From Diplonema japonicum (Eukaryota > Protista > Euglenozoa: Diplonemea): a DNA stretch of 64,000 nucleotides. Below, piece by piece: positions 1 to 10,554 of this stretch; within the stretch, counting starts at the first letter, position 1; every line of letters begins with the position of its first letter. Position numbers and translations under genes: made by a program. A model generated the notes under the pieces. The model made no database searches, was not told the DNA's origin, and saw only the letters and a program-made list of their open reading frames with translations. The stretch is from the NCBI GenBank assembly GCA_964019335.1, contig OZ025666.1, forward strand, positions 669,438 through 733,437, read 5' to 3'.

Positions 1-46
1 AATGACTTTCCCCCCGGCCCCGTTTCCATGTTTATGTAGATTTTGA

Positions 47-98
47 AAAAAAAAAGAAAAAAAAAAAAGAAAAAAAAAAGAACAAAATAAAAAAAAAA
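47..98. repeat. A-rich homopolymer / low-complexity tract
   Basis: Near-continuous poly(A) with occasional G/C/T; T-rich tracts follow. Confidence 0.85.
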
Positions 99-217
99 CT
101 CCCCAGTGTGGTCCCTATGCTTTTGTTACTCTATGCATTTTCCCTCTTTTTTTTTGGTGGGGTCGTTGGTTAACACTTCCCCATCGTAGTGAGTCTTTTT
201 TATTTTTTAAGCTACCG

Positions 218-508
218 GCAGGGGATGTCCTACGGGAGTACACGAAGGAGGTGCTGAGGTGGATGCGGCAACTGCGCTGGTATGCAGGCAGCAGGAACAC
301 GTCAGTGTCGACGGTGGAGCTGGCACTGGATTTCGAGAACGTGACCGGGAAGACCCTTGGAGGGAAGCTGGGGGATCTCGCAGAAGTACAGCAGAAAGCG
401 AGGAGATTGCATGGACAGATGAAGAAGATCTGGCACACATGGGAGCTAGGGAGGGTACTGAAGAAGGTGAAACGAAGGAGGGCCTTCCCAGCTGCAGGTA
501 GAAGATGA
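218..508 (+). mobile_element. Possible degraded 3' fragment of a non-LTR retroelement ORF
   Basis: GC-rich open frame with no good start (WMRQLRW...VSTVELALDFENVTG) among homopolymer tracts. The motif resembles, from memory only, C-terminal regions of protist LINE-like proteins; no RT motifs are visible. Confidence 0.25.
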
Positions 509-599
509 GAACAAGGGGGCGTCTCACAAAGACTTCCTTTAACTCATATATATTTATTGTTATTTTTTTTTTATGTAGCCTTGTGAGTTTTTCAAAAGA

Positions 600-770
600 T
601 TGGTCACATCTGTCGCTCCCTGTCCCCCCTTCCCTATTTTCTCCTTTCAGCTCCCACCTCCCCTCATGTCTTTTTTTTTCTTTTTTGAAGAAGCTTTTTT
701 TATTTTCTCTTTATCGTGCTTCTTGTCGCTTGTCATCTTGTCTTTTTGTTGCTGCAGCCCACGCCTTCAG
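600..770 (+). promoter_or_regulatory. Long polypyrimidine tract / putative trans-splice acceptor region of first gene
   Basis: C/T-rich run ending in ...ccttcag just upstream of ATG 781. Confidence 0.55.
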
Positions 771-780
771 GAGGGGCAGG

Positions 781-3603
781 ATGTCGTTCGCGCCCACAGC
801 GGAGCACTATGCGCAGGTGGTAGGGATGCTGCAGCAGGCGGCCAACCCCACCCCTAACCCTGAGGTCATCAAGAAGGTATGGGAACAGTTCGAGGAGTAC
901 AGCAAGCGGGGGGACTTCAACTGCTACCTGGCCCACGCCATGAGCGACGCGAGCTTGGGGCCCACCGTCCGTGAATGGGCCACAATCATCCTCAAGAACG
1001 GGATCAAGAACAACTACAAGGAAGGCATCCTGCCAAGCGTGGAGTACATCCAGTCACAGGTGATGGCAGGTCTTGGCGACGCCGAGAAGGGTGTCAGCAA
1101 CGCCTCAGCAAACTGCGTCTCAATGCTGGCCAAAAAGGGCAGCTCCAGCTCCCTCGGCCACCTCCTCACCTTACTCTGCAACTCGTTATCATCCGCAAAC
1201 CAGCCCTTGGTGCACGGCTCCGTGAAGGCCATCTCCAACATCTGCGAGGACTGCATCGAAGAGCTTCTTGAAGGGGACACGCCAAAGGCCTCCGCCATGC
1301 TGCCACACCTCCTGACTCATTTCAGCCACTCCGACCCAACGGTCAGGGAGCAGTGCCTTTGGAGTGCCGTCCACCTCTGCACTGGAGCACACGTTGTAAT
1401 GCTCATCAAGGACAACAACCAGGGAGAGCTGTCGCTGCCTCCTTGCATTGTGCAGCACATGCCGCAGCTCTTGGAAGGTGCCATGAAGCTCTCGATGGAG
1501 GGCCCCAAGACACAGACTGCTGTGTGCCGTGCAATTGTGTTTGTTGCAGAGACGAACATGGAGATGCTGATGCCGCATCTGAAGAACACGTTGGAGTACG
1601 TGCTCATGATTCAGGAGAAGTACTGCACCACAAATGAAGAAGTGGCTCTTGAAGCGTGCGACTTCTGGTCTGTCATCATCGAGGAGTGCTACAACAACCC
1701 CATCATGCAGGAGCTGCTGCCGCGGTTGGTTGGTGCTCTCCTGCGCGGCATGCCGTATAACGAGAGTGAGGAACAGGCGCTGCTGCAGGACGACAGTGTC
1801 AGCGTCCCTGACAGAGAGGAGAACGTGAAGCCAACATGGGTGAAGAGCAGTCAAAGGGAGGTGGAGGAGGACTCCGAAGAAGAGGAGGATGATGACGACG
1901 ACGCTGTAGGCGAACTGGACCCCACGACGTGGAACCTGCGGAGGAGCAGTGCATCGACACTGGACGCCCTATCGCTCTGCTTCGGAATGAAGGAGGACGT
2001 CGACAACACGAAGTTCATCAGCTTGCTGCTGCCAGAGGTCTTTAAGATGCTGCAGCCAGGGAACGACTGGCGGGTCCGAGAGGCGGCCATCCTTGCCCTT
2101 GGGGCAGTGTCGCAGGGGTGCGAGGAAGCGATGGCTCCTCACCTTCCTCAGCTCATAAAGGGTCTCACTACAGACACTCAGGGCTCACTCCCACCACCCC
2201 TACAGGACCCCCACCCGCTAGTGAGGTCCATCACAGCGTGGACGCTAGGGAGGTTCAGCAGTAGCGTGACTGACAGAAACTTCAACAACATCATCATCGA
2301 AGCCCTGTTGACACTTATCTGCGACCCGAGCAAGAAGGTTGTCGGTAGCTCGTGCAGTGCAATGACGAATATGCTGGAAGGCTATCCAAGTGAAGACCTG
2401 ACGCCAGCCCACGTGACAGCCATCCTGACTGCGGTGCACCGCTCGTTGAGCACTACGCACATCGTGAACCTGCAGCTGCTGTTCAATGTGATCGTGTCTG
2501 TTGCAGAGTCGGTGGGCGGCACTCTTAACACCCCTGAGATGATACAGCTTATCATGCCGCCCCTCACGCAGAGGTGGGAGACTGTCGCCGACAGCGACAC
2601 ACGTCTCCAGGCACTCATGGCATGCCTGACAGCAGTAGCAACAGCTGTGGGGCCTGGGTTCCAGCCGTGGGTGAAGGGGTGCTTCGACAGAGCTGTGCGT
2701 GTTATCCTCCAGAACACAGAAGCGCGAATTCAATCTGACTATCACGGCGACGAAGAGTACATCGTGTGCGCCGTGGATCTTATTGGGGGGCTCCTTGATG
2801 GCCTGGGCAGCTCTGTAGAGCCTCTTGTCGGTGGTAGTCCTCTCATGCAGCTGCTGGTAGGGAACATGCGCGACCCCAATGCCAAGATACGGCAGTCAAC
2901 TTTTGCACTCCTCGGTGACCTCACGAAGTGGTGCTGGCCGCATGTCCAGCCACACGTTACTTCTATTGTCCCCCTTGTTTACGCATCGCTGGACCCATGC
3001 TCCATCAACGTGTGTAACAACGTGGTGTGGGCTATAGGAGAGATTGCAGTCAAGGCAGGTGCCAACTTCAGGACATTAGTAGGCGAGGAAGGGCCCGATC
3101 AGGTATGTTGCCCGAATACAAAATAACACAAACGTAGCTGGTGAAGGCTTTGGTTCCTATCATGAACTTGAAGGGCAGCCAGAGACACGACATGCTGCTG
3201 GAGAACGCAGCAGTGTCGCTGGGACGACTGGCGCTCGTGTGTCCTGATGTGGTTGGTGCGAGGATGGAAGACTTCATCAAGTCGTGGTGCACAAACATCA
3301 GAAGGGTCACGGAATCGATTGAGCAAGAGCATTCTTTCCTTGGCCTTGCAAGGATGATCAGGGTGAACCCCAATGGGTGCTTCAACAGCTTCGCCTATGT
3401 CTGTGATGCGCTGTGCTCAATGACAAGCATGCCGCCCTCGATCAGACAGGAGTACATAACCATCTTGGGCGGCTTCAAGTCCCACATTGGTGCGGGCTGG
3501 GCTGACTACTATGCACAGGTGTGCACATCAATTGTTTATTCATATACCTCCACAGTTCCCACCTAGCCTTAAGAAGAGTCTCTCAGAGCAGTTCGGTCTT
3601 TAG
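781..3603 (+). CDS. TNPO1: Transportin (importin-beta2 / karyopherin-beta2), ~916 aa; introns 3103-3137, 3519-3555
   Basis: HEAT repeats with acidic H8 loop, WNLRRSSASTLDAL, WRVREAAILALGAV, NNVVWAIGEI, LLENAAVSLGRL. Splicing restores the C-terminus FPPSLKKSLSEQFGL*. Confidence 0.93.
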
Positions 3604-3744
3604 TCGTTCCAATCAATCAGCGCGTCAAGTGTGTCTGGATAAGTCTTATTTTTGGTGTTTCCGTCTTTTCCTTCTTGCAGGTAACTATCATTCAGCTTGC
3701 TTTTTGTGCGTCAATTTACTCGTTGTGCAGTCACCGCAGGAAGA

Positions 3745-5949
3745 ATGTTGTATTTCCAACAAGAAGATGAAGTGCTGCAGGCACAGGCGCGGTGCATCGA
3801 GTTGTTGATCAAGCACCCACTCACTGGCATCAGTGAAACAGGAGAGCGGGGGAACTTTTGGAAGAGTGTGTTTGCACAGGTCTTGGAGAAAAATGAGTTC
3901 AGCGAAAGGGACGCAAAGAGTATGAGCAGATGTCAGCCGCAGAATTGTGCACAGCTGCTGTTCCAGTGCATCGAACAAATGGCGTACTACGTGCAAGAAG
4001 TGTTGGGCATCCTCGGAGGACCTTCCGAGGGGGTAAAGGCTAGGGTCTCAGCCCTACGTAAGTATCACGTCACTGTCATGACTGCGCTGCGGATCACGTC
4101 GCGCCTGCTACCTGTGCTTTTGCAAGCCGATGTCGAGTTCAACTTTATCGACTCGATCCTCATACAGAACAGCAGCCTCTCCAGTGCAGGGCAGTTCAAA
4201 GACCTCTGTGGGCGCAGGCTCGACAGCACATTGGGCTTCATTTTAGTGTCTTCACTCATGAGCCTTCTGCACTGTCCTGGTTTCACAACGGACGTCCCTC
4301 ATGACATGACCCACTACCTCGCAGACGGGTGCTTCAAGCCCCACGGGATCGGGCTCAGCAGCGAAGCAGAAAGAGAACTCTTGTGGCAGACCTTCGGGCA
4401 CCCCACATCACACAAGTACATCAACGCCAGAGTGTTTGTCCTTCGTGCGGTGATTTCGACGCTCATGCCCCAAGGCACCAAGGCAGGGAGGTCGTTTTTC
4501 CACAAGATGTGGTGCGACACGTCGGTGCCTTTGCCGCACCGTGCCACCTTGCTGGGCTCTCTTTTTAATGTGGTCTGCGGGTACACACCAGAGTCGGCGG
4601 TATCGCAGTGGATACCCTTCACGGGGTCTTCCCAGAGTCATGGCAAGGAGCAGCTTGTGAAATGCTCTTTGCATGTACTTTTACTATTTCTGCAGTACAG
4701 CAAATATCGGATCAACAGCAGGGCTGTGGAGCCCTCCGCGAGCTTGGAGATGGGCGACACATTCAGGGAGTACGTGTACCTTCTGGGCAAGGGCGAGATG
4801 GACGATGTCCTATTCGTGCTGCATGGTATGCAGCTTGGTCCCTCTGTGCAGCTGAAGGCTGCAACGTCACTTCTACCTCTTTCCACTAAGGATTCTCCAT
4901 TCAACAGTGAGCATCTACTGCTGCTGCACCACTGCATCGAGATATCTCCCGACATGCGCCTAGTGGCATGCTCTGAGAAGGAAGTGGAGCAGCTCATAGA
5001 ACTCCTGTTGTTTACGTTGAAGGCAACACTACGGGGCGAGAAGCAGGTAACCAAAATGACGTGCTGCTTGTCAATCTTGCACAGGCTGACTGCTGAGCCC
5101 AGCATGGGGAGCATCTTGCAGCGGCCGTGGAGGAACACAGCATTGCTCAAACATGTGGTATCGAACAAGACATTTATCAACCGGAGCGGCTCAATGCTTG
5201 ACGTGGTGTGTCTTTGCTTGGCTGAGGTCCTTCTGTCTGACACCAGGTGGGTGCGAGAAGAGACTTCTGCCTACGACTCTTGTGTGGGTATCCTCCTCAA
5301 CATGTCACCATACATGTACAAGCCTTCCCTTCTTGTGTCTGATCATCTAGCTTGCCTTCTGGAGGTCTTTGCACACCCTGCGCACTTATACGATGCAGGC
5401 TCCACGAACTACTACTACGTGTGCTTGCTGATGGAGACATATTTTTATTGTTTGTGCTTCAATGGGAGGCACAATGAAGAGATTGTATCGACTTTGCTAC
5501 GTAGAAAGAAGGTTTTTGACAGACTGGCCGAAGATTTGCACAATTATACTCCTGTTGTTATACAGCGCACAGACGTTCTGTGCCCTGCACTTGATGCTGC
5601 TGGAAAGGTTCTTCCTTATACAGGAGAGAACTGGAGGTCTATGATTTTGCTGCATCCGTTATGCCAGCTGCTGAATAGCATGCACAGCTCTGCCCTCGGC
5701 ACGTTTGCAGGTTGCACTGACCTGTCGGAGTTACCCCGGGATGACCTCTTGCACTGGCTTCGTGTCCACTTGCAATCTCCGAAAGGCGCATCCCATCTCC
5801 TTACCCTCTCGAAAGGCATAACCTTCCACCCAACACTGCCAAACACCATGGGCAACTACACAGTGCTTGACTCTTGCTTGTGGTCGCTCTTCGAAACAGC
5901 ACCACCTTTGATGAGTTCTGGGAGCAACCCGAGTGCTTCCCAGCCTTAG
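3745..5949 (+). CDS. HID1: HID1/dymeclin-family Golgi protein (no intron seen)
   Basis: FWKSVF...PQNCAQLL, RITSRLLPVLL, LLHCPGFT and ILLNMSPY match HID1 blocks; CAG acceptor at 3738-3739. Confidence 0.7.
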   Translation: MLYFQQEDEVLQAQARCIELLIKHPLTGISETGERGNFWKSVFAQVLEKNEFSERDAKSMSRCQPQNCAQLLFQCIEQMAYYVQEVLGILGGPSEGVKARVSALRKYHVTVMTALRITSRLLPVLLQADVEFNFIDSILIQNSSLSSAGQFKDLCGRRLDSTLGFILVSSLMSLLHCPGFTTDVPHDMTHYLADGCFKPHGIGLSSEAERELLWQTFGHPTSHKYINARVFVLRAVISTLMPQGTKAGRSFFHKMWCDTSVPLPHRATLLGSLFNVVCGYTPESAVSQWIPFTGSSQSHGKEQLVKCSLHVLLLFLQYSKYRINSRAVEPSASLEMGDTFREYVYLLGKGEMDDVLFVLHGMQLGPSVQLKAATSLLPLSTKDSPFNSEHLLLLHHCIEISPDMRLVACSEKEVEQLIELLLFTLKATLRGEKQVTKMTCCLSILHRLTAEPSMGSILQRPWRNTALLKHVVSNKTFINRSGSMLDVVCLCLAEVLLSDTRWVREETSAYDSCVGILLNMSPYMYKPSLLVSDHLACLLEVFAHPAHLYDAGSTNYYYVCLLMETYFYCLCFNGRHNEEIVSTLLRRKKVFDRLAEDLHNYTPVVIQRTDVLCPALDAAGKVLPYTGENWRSMILLHPLCQLLNSMHSSALGTFAGCTDLSELPRDDLLHWLRVHLQSPKGASHLLTLSKGITFHPTLPNTMGNYTVLDSCLWSLFETAPPLMSSGSNPSASQP

Positions 5950-6027
5950 GAAGCTTACACGACGGAAGTAGAAACGGATAGTTCAGTCAGCTTGCAAAAA
6001 AATACGAATAATAGTCAAAATATAAGG

Positions 6028-7038
6028 ATGTCGGGGAGTGAAGATGACGAGCAGGATGAGTACAGTGAAGAGGAAGAAGAGCTGAAAGTGCCTACAAATG
6101 TCCCCGAGGCAGCAGCGCTGCTGTACGAAGTTGCTTCGAAGCTGGAGATGAGCGATCAGTTTAAGAGCGACGTCGGGGTGCCGCAGCTGGTCGCATGCGC
6201 GGACAATGTTATCGAGGGGAAGACAAGCGTGCAGCAGGCAGCGCAGCTGGCGATGGCGTGGATGGGGGAGGCTATGGAGCACACTTCGGGGGTGGCCTGT
6301 GGGAGTGCTGCCAGTGCGGCGAGAAGGATGTCGTCCACAAAGGTGCCTGATGTTTTGTGGGTATCATCCCCGAACCACTGGCAACACTGCGAGGGCTGCT
6401 TCAGGGCGCACTCAAGCCTGGTGAACGGCCATCCAGTCTGGAGAAAGGATGGAGCCCAACCTAGATGGCTTTACAGCACCACAGCAGGCAGGTGGCGCAT
6501 CACAAATGACACCGCTGACTTCGGTCCTGGTGGTGGGTACCTCCTTTCGGACACGCATCAAGACTCTCTCCCGCACCAGATAGATACATGGACTATAAAG
6601 GGAAAGGAGGACCCAGACATACATGTCACAGCTCAGCTTGACGACTCTGTTGCCTTCGACGACGCAGACGGTGACACTATCACCTTCTTCGCGTTGTCAA
6701 ATTCACGTTGCCAGTATGCTGTGAATAAGGTGCCACGGCCACCTGTGCATTACGTGTCATTTGATCTTAGCTCTCTATCCCTCGTGTTCCCAAAAGACTC
6801 TCTTGAGATTGAACTCTCGTGGAACACACTGTTGCCCACCCTTGCCTCAATCAAAGGTGTGGTAGCGCAGAGTGGTGTGTGCGCTGAGCTGCCCAATCCC
6901 TCGCGCTTGTGGCTCTCTGGGTGGAGCATGATGCACGCAGATAAGAATGGCCGTCCTGCTTACTACTACAATTCCTCTACAGGAGAGACAACCTGGGATT
7001 TATGTTCCAAGCTGGAGGAGTGTCTGATAATAGAGTGA
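6028..7038 (+). CDS. Protein with acidic N-terminus and C-terminal WW domain
   Basis: LSGWSMM...YYYNSSTGETTWD fits the WW consensus; central NGHPVWRK...WLYS...GRWRI module. Confidence 0.75.
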   Translation: MSGSEDDEQDEYSEEEEELKVPTNVPEAAALLYEVASKLEMSDQFKSDVGVPQLVACADNVIEGKTSVQQAAQLAMAWMGEAMEHTSGVACGSAASAARRMSSTKVPDVLWVSSPNHWQHCEGCFRAHSSLVNGHPVWRKDGAQPRWLYSTTAGRWRITNDTADFGPGGGYLLSDTHQDSLPHQIDTWTIKGKEDPDIHVTAQLDDSVAFDDADGDTITFFALSNSRCQYAVNKVPRPPVHYVSFDLSSLSLVFPKDSLEIELSWNTLLPTLASIKGVVAQSGVCAELPNPSRLWLSGWSMMHADKNGRPAYYYNSSTGETTWDLCSKLEECLIIE

Positions 7039-7103
7039 CTTGTTTGCAAAAACTCAATTGTTTGATTTCTTCACTATGCAACAAATTCGCACCACTTCAG
7101 GTG

Positions 7104-9485
7104 ATGTCACATACGAAACATGGCCAAAGCAACATAAAACGTCACACGGGGGACTCCGTCATCCGCATCCATGGAGACGAGTATGCCTCGAAGAGGTTCG
7201 AGGTATGCTGCCATTCTAGGCATAACACAACAGGAAATGTGGACTGCTGCCGGCCATCCTGTTGATTTGTTGGTTCCTCGGCATGTAGCAACGCATAGAA
7301 AGGGTGAAGGCGGTCCCTCTGTAGGCCGCACGGTTCCATTTGCCTTTGAGGACAACACGACTTTGGACGAAAGAGAGAGAGAGAAGCGGCGGCAGCTCAG
7401 AGAAGCTTACAGGCTAGGGCAGGATGTTAAGCAGAGGAGTGCAGCACCTCCAGCTTATTCAGGGAACGTGTTGCCAACACCACTACGCAGATGGCGTCAC
7501 GCACCCCCACAACAGGGAGTCAAGCGCCTCTCTAGTCTTGTTGCAGCACCGCAGATACCCCCGCACACTAAGGCCGTGTCCCTCGTCGAGCAGGGTAATG
7601 TGTTGATGCTTGTCACTCGGAAGACCAGCAGCGTCCGTGTCTCCTTTTACAATGGGATACCGAACAAGGTGCTCGCGTTGTACATGAAGATCCCACCTGA
7701 TGGCATACCCGTCCACGCAGAGGGCGACACCGAAACCCGAACCCGGCCCTCGACGGGCGCTGATGAGATGACCCTTGAAGTGCTTCCCGGTAGCACAAAG
7801 GCATTTTGTAGTTCACGGCAGGATGCTATCCCCAAGCCTTCGTGGTCACTGCAGCCCCTTCCTCAAGATTTTATCAACAAGCGAATCGGCAACATGATGG
7901 AAATAACAAGAAAGGAGCATGAGCAGCTTGCATCAGGTTTGGTACTTGAGTTAGAGGGCGAGCACCCAGAAAGTACTGTGCTTCAGAGTTGCCAACTGAG
8001 AGGCATCCCGTACGTGGATCTCTGGTTCCCGCCACAGCAGTCAAGCACGGGGATGCGTATCGACTGCTGGGCAAGACCAGGACAGTTCTTGAATGAGCCA
8101 CTTGGGTTGCTGGAGAGCACCCCAAGCCCAACCAACCTTGAGCGTGGCCCTCTCGGTAATGCAGTTCTTCTTTGCATCCTAACTATATTGGCTGAGACAC
8201 CCTCACCACACATTCCTATCAACTTCGCTAAGCGGCTCTTCTCTGCCCACACCGCACAGCACACTAAGCTAGGTGCCGTTCGTGTCCAGCTAGTCCACGA
8301 CGGCTGGTGGCGTGACCTAGTGATAGACACCTGCCTTCCTGTCACCCTTGTGAAACAGGGTTATGCTGCATGGATGCCTGCTGGGGCACGGCCCATAAGC
8401 AGCGTATCTGATTTGTGGCCTTCATATCTCGAGAAGGCTTACGCAAAGCAGCTGCAGAGCTATAAGTCGGTCGAAACGCAAGCACCGCATTTAATTATGA
8501 TGGACCTGACAGGATACCCCTCCGAGCCCCTGCGGTGGGGGCAGGGTTTGTCCTTGTACGAGGACATCGCAGAGTGGCACAGCAGGGGGTTTGTCGTGGC
8601 ACTCACGACACCTTCACGTGCCAAGAGGATGGGCGAGAGGGGCGACATGAATGATGAGCAGTACGAAGCGCAAGGGTTGCTTCTCGGGCATGTCTACGCC
8701 GTACTGCAAGTCATTCACATCAACGACATTAAACTTTTGCACATCAGGAACCCCTGGGGAAGGGGAGTGGAATGGAAGGGCGAATGGGGGTGGCATTCAC
8801 CGAACTGGACAAGTCAGATGAAGCAGTACTGCGGCACCACCAACGCCTCTACTGAGGGAACTTTTATGATGACGTGGAACGAAGCTCATGACTGGTTCCT
8901 GGGTGGTTTTGTCACGTACTGCATGCAGAACTGTGGTGAGGTTCGTATGTCGCTGCCCATGAGGCCAGCCCCCGCATTTGTATTAGAGCTTAACTTAAAT
9001 GTATCAGCTCGTGTGTATCTAACTGTACATAAAATGGAAGAGGATCTTAGCACCGCACCGACAGTGCTGACCCTGCTTACCCCGCTAGATACGGGGAAGC
9101 ATGAGCGTCGAGAGGATGCTGACGTAGAGAATGAGAGGTATGCGTCTTCCGCCCCAGCAACACAAGCAGATCCTTCATAAGCGTTTATGAACTAGAGGCC
9201 GACAGGAGGCCGTACTACATATGCATAGATTCGGCAGGTGCGAAGCCTTCAGAACTTGTTTTATCCCTTTTGTACACCGCAATTGAGAATGGGCCCGTCA
9301 CAGGTAGCATCGTCTTCCGCGACGCAGCACCCTACCTCGCTGCGATATCGTCTTCCGGCGCAGGTGGCGTGCGGTTGCCCACAAGCACAGGTGTCGATAA
9401 CGTCGATGTCTGGGTCCAGAACAGGAAGGGTCAAAGCAGCCCAAACCCGTGTAAAGCTACGTGCATCAATCACCTCACTCTTTGA
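7104..9485 (+). CDS. Calpain-like protein (CysPc domain, catalytic Cys absent), ~772 aa; introns 7203-7233, 9138-9169
   Basis: YVDLWFPP, RGPLGNAVLL (calpain QGxLGDCWLL), LEKAYAK, DLTG, GHVYAV, IRNPWG...EWKGEW; both introns restore frame. Confidence 0.88.
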
Positions 9486-9554
9486 GTTGTGTATCGTTCT
9501 CGTTGTGTTTTATTTTCTGCAGCATCATCCCTTAGTAATATCCCTCCAGGGCCC

Positions 9555-10496
9555 ATGAATACCCTAGCATGTAGGGTAATCAGACGTGGTTTGGCAGCCC
9601 AGCGCCGTTTTAAGGCTAAGTCTTACGCACAACATAACACTCAAACGTACGAGTATTACAGAAGGCAGGCTGCGAGCCTGCCTTTTCAAAGCCCTTATGA
9701 ATCATTCGGGTTCGACCCTGAGGTACAGCGCAGGGACCCTGACGTCGTGGTAGGTGATTACGGGTTAGTGACACGGCAGGGGGGAGTAGTGTCGATGCAG
9801 CAGATGGACAATGCAATAGAGATTATAGAGAACCACATAGATAGGGGGAGGCTTAATGTGGAAGTGCGGAGGCGGGGTCTGGGAACACCTGCCCCTGTGA
9901 CAAGGACTACGCTGCTGTCACGACTACCTGCACAGTACAGGGCACTATTCGGTGGGTCGAACGGTAAGGAGGTGTTTAAGGTGTATACAGTACTCGAGGG
10001 CACAGTACTGTTAGAGATACGTGTAGATGAAAGGACAGTGGGGCAGAAGCAGAGTGTGTATCTGCTGTACACGGCAATGCAGGAGTTAGGCATATCATGT
10101 ATAGTCGCGCACAAAGGTGTGGTCAACTGTCTGGATGACGTGCACCATAAGAATACTTGGCACACAAACGAACAGGTATTTAGGAGAAAGGTTGACCGAG
10201 TTCCTGAAGGGACCTTCCTCCTAGATAAAGCAAATGGTGACTTCAAGGTATGTACAAAGTGTTGTTTAATCAATTCACAGCTTGGGTCACCCGCCCCGGT
10301 CCCTAAGCGTTCGTTTTCCCATCGTTCTAAGGTACAGTGGGGCAGCAAAGAAGCAGAGGATGACAACTTGCGGCGCGCTTTGATTGAGCGTCAGGTGACC
10401 CCGTACCAGAACTCCGTCACTGCGCATCAGATGTTCCCAGGAGGGAGGCCTTTCCGCGGGAAGAAACTGACGAAAAGCAAAGGGAAGCGTCATTAA
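9555..10496 (+). CDS. MRPL16: Mitochondrial ribosomal protein uL16m-like; probable in-frame intron 10248-10280
   Basis: Arg-rich acid-free presequence; GDYGLV...MQQMDNAIEIIENHI...PVTR...VLEGTVLLEI parallels the uL16 core. Confidence 0.6.
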   Translation: MNTLACRVIRRGLAAQRRFKAKSYAQHNTQTYEYYRRQAASLPFQSPYESFGFDPEVQRRDPDVVVGDYGLVTRQGGVVSMQQMDNAIEIIENHIDRGRLNVEVRRRGLGTPAPVTRTTLLSRLPAQYRALFGGSNGKEVFKVYTVLEGTVLLEIRVDERTVGQKQSVYLLYTAMQELGISCIVAHKGVVNCLDDVHHKNTWHTNEQVFRRKVDRVPEGTFLLDKANGDFKVCTKCCLINSQLGSPAPVPKRSFSHRSKVQWGSKEAEDDNLRRALIERQVTPYQNSVTAHQMFPGGRPFRGKKLTKSKGKRH

Positions 10497-10554
10497 TCCG
10501 AAGATTTTGTTAAGTTGGATTCACCGCATCACAAGCTCGACTAGGTACGCTAAG

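Noticed and set aside
505-780. N-terminal extensions in the ORF track (also 9489, 10507, 18917, 52280, 60797)
   Set aside because: They translate pyrimidine-rich spacers upstream of the likely acceptor AG.
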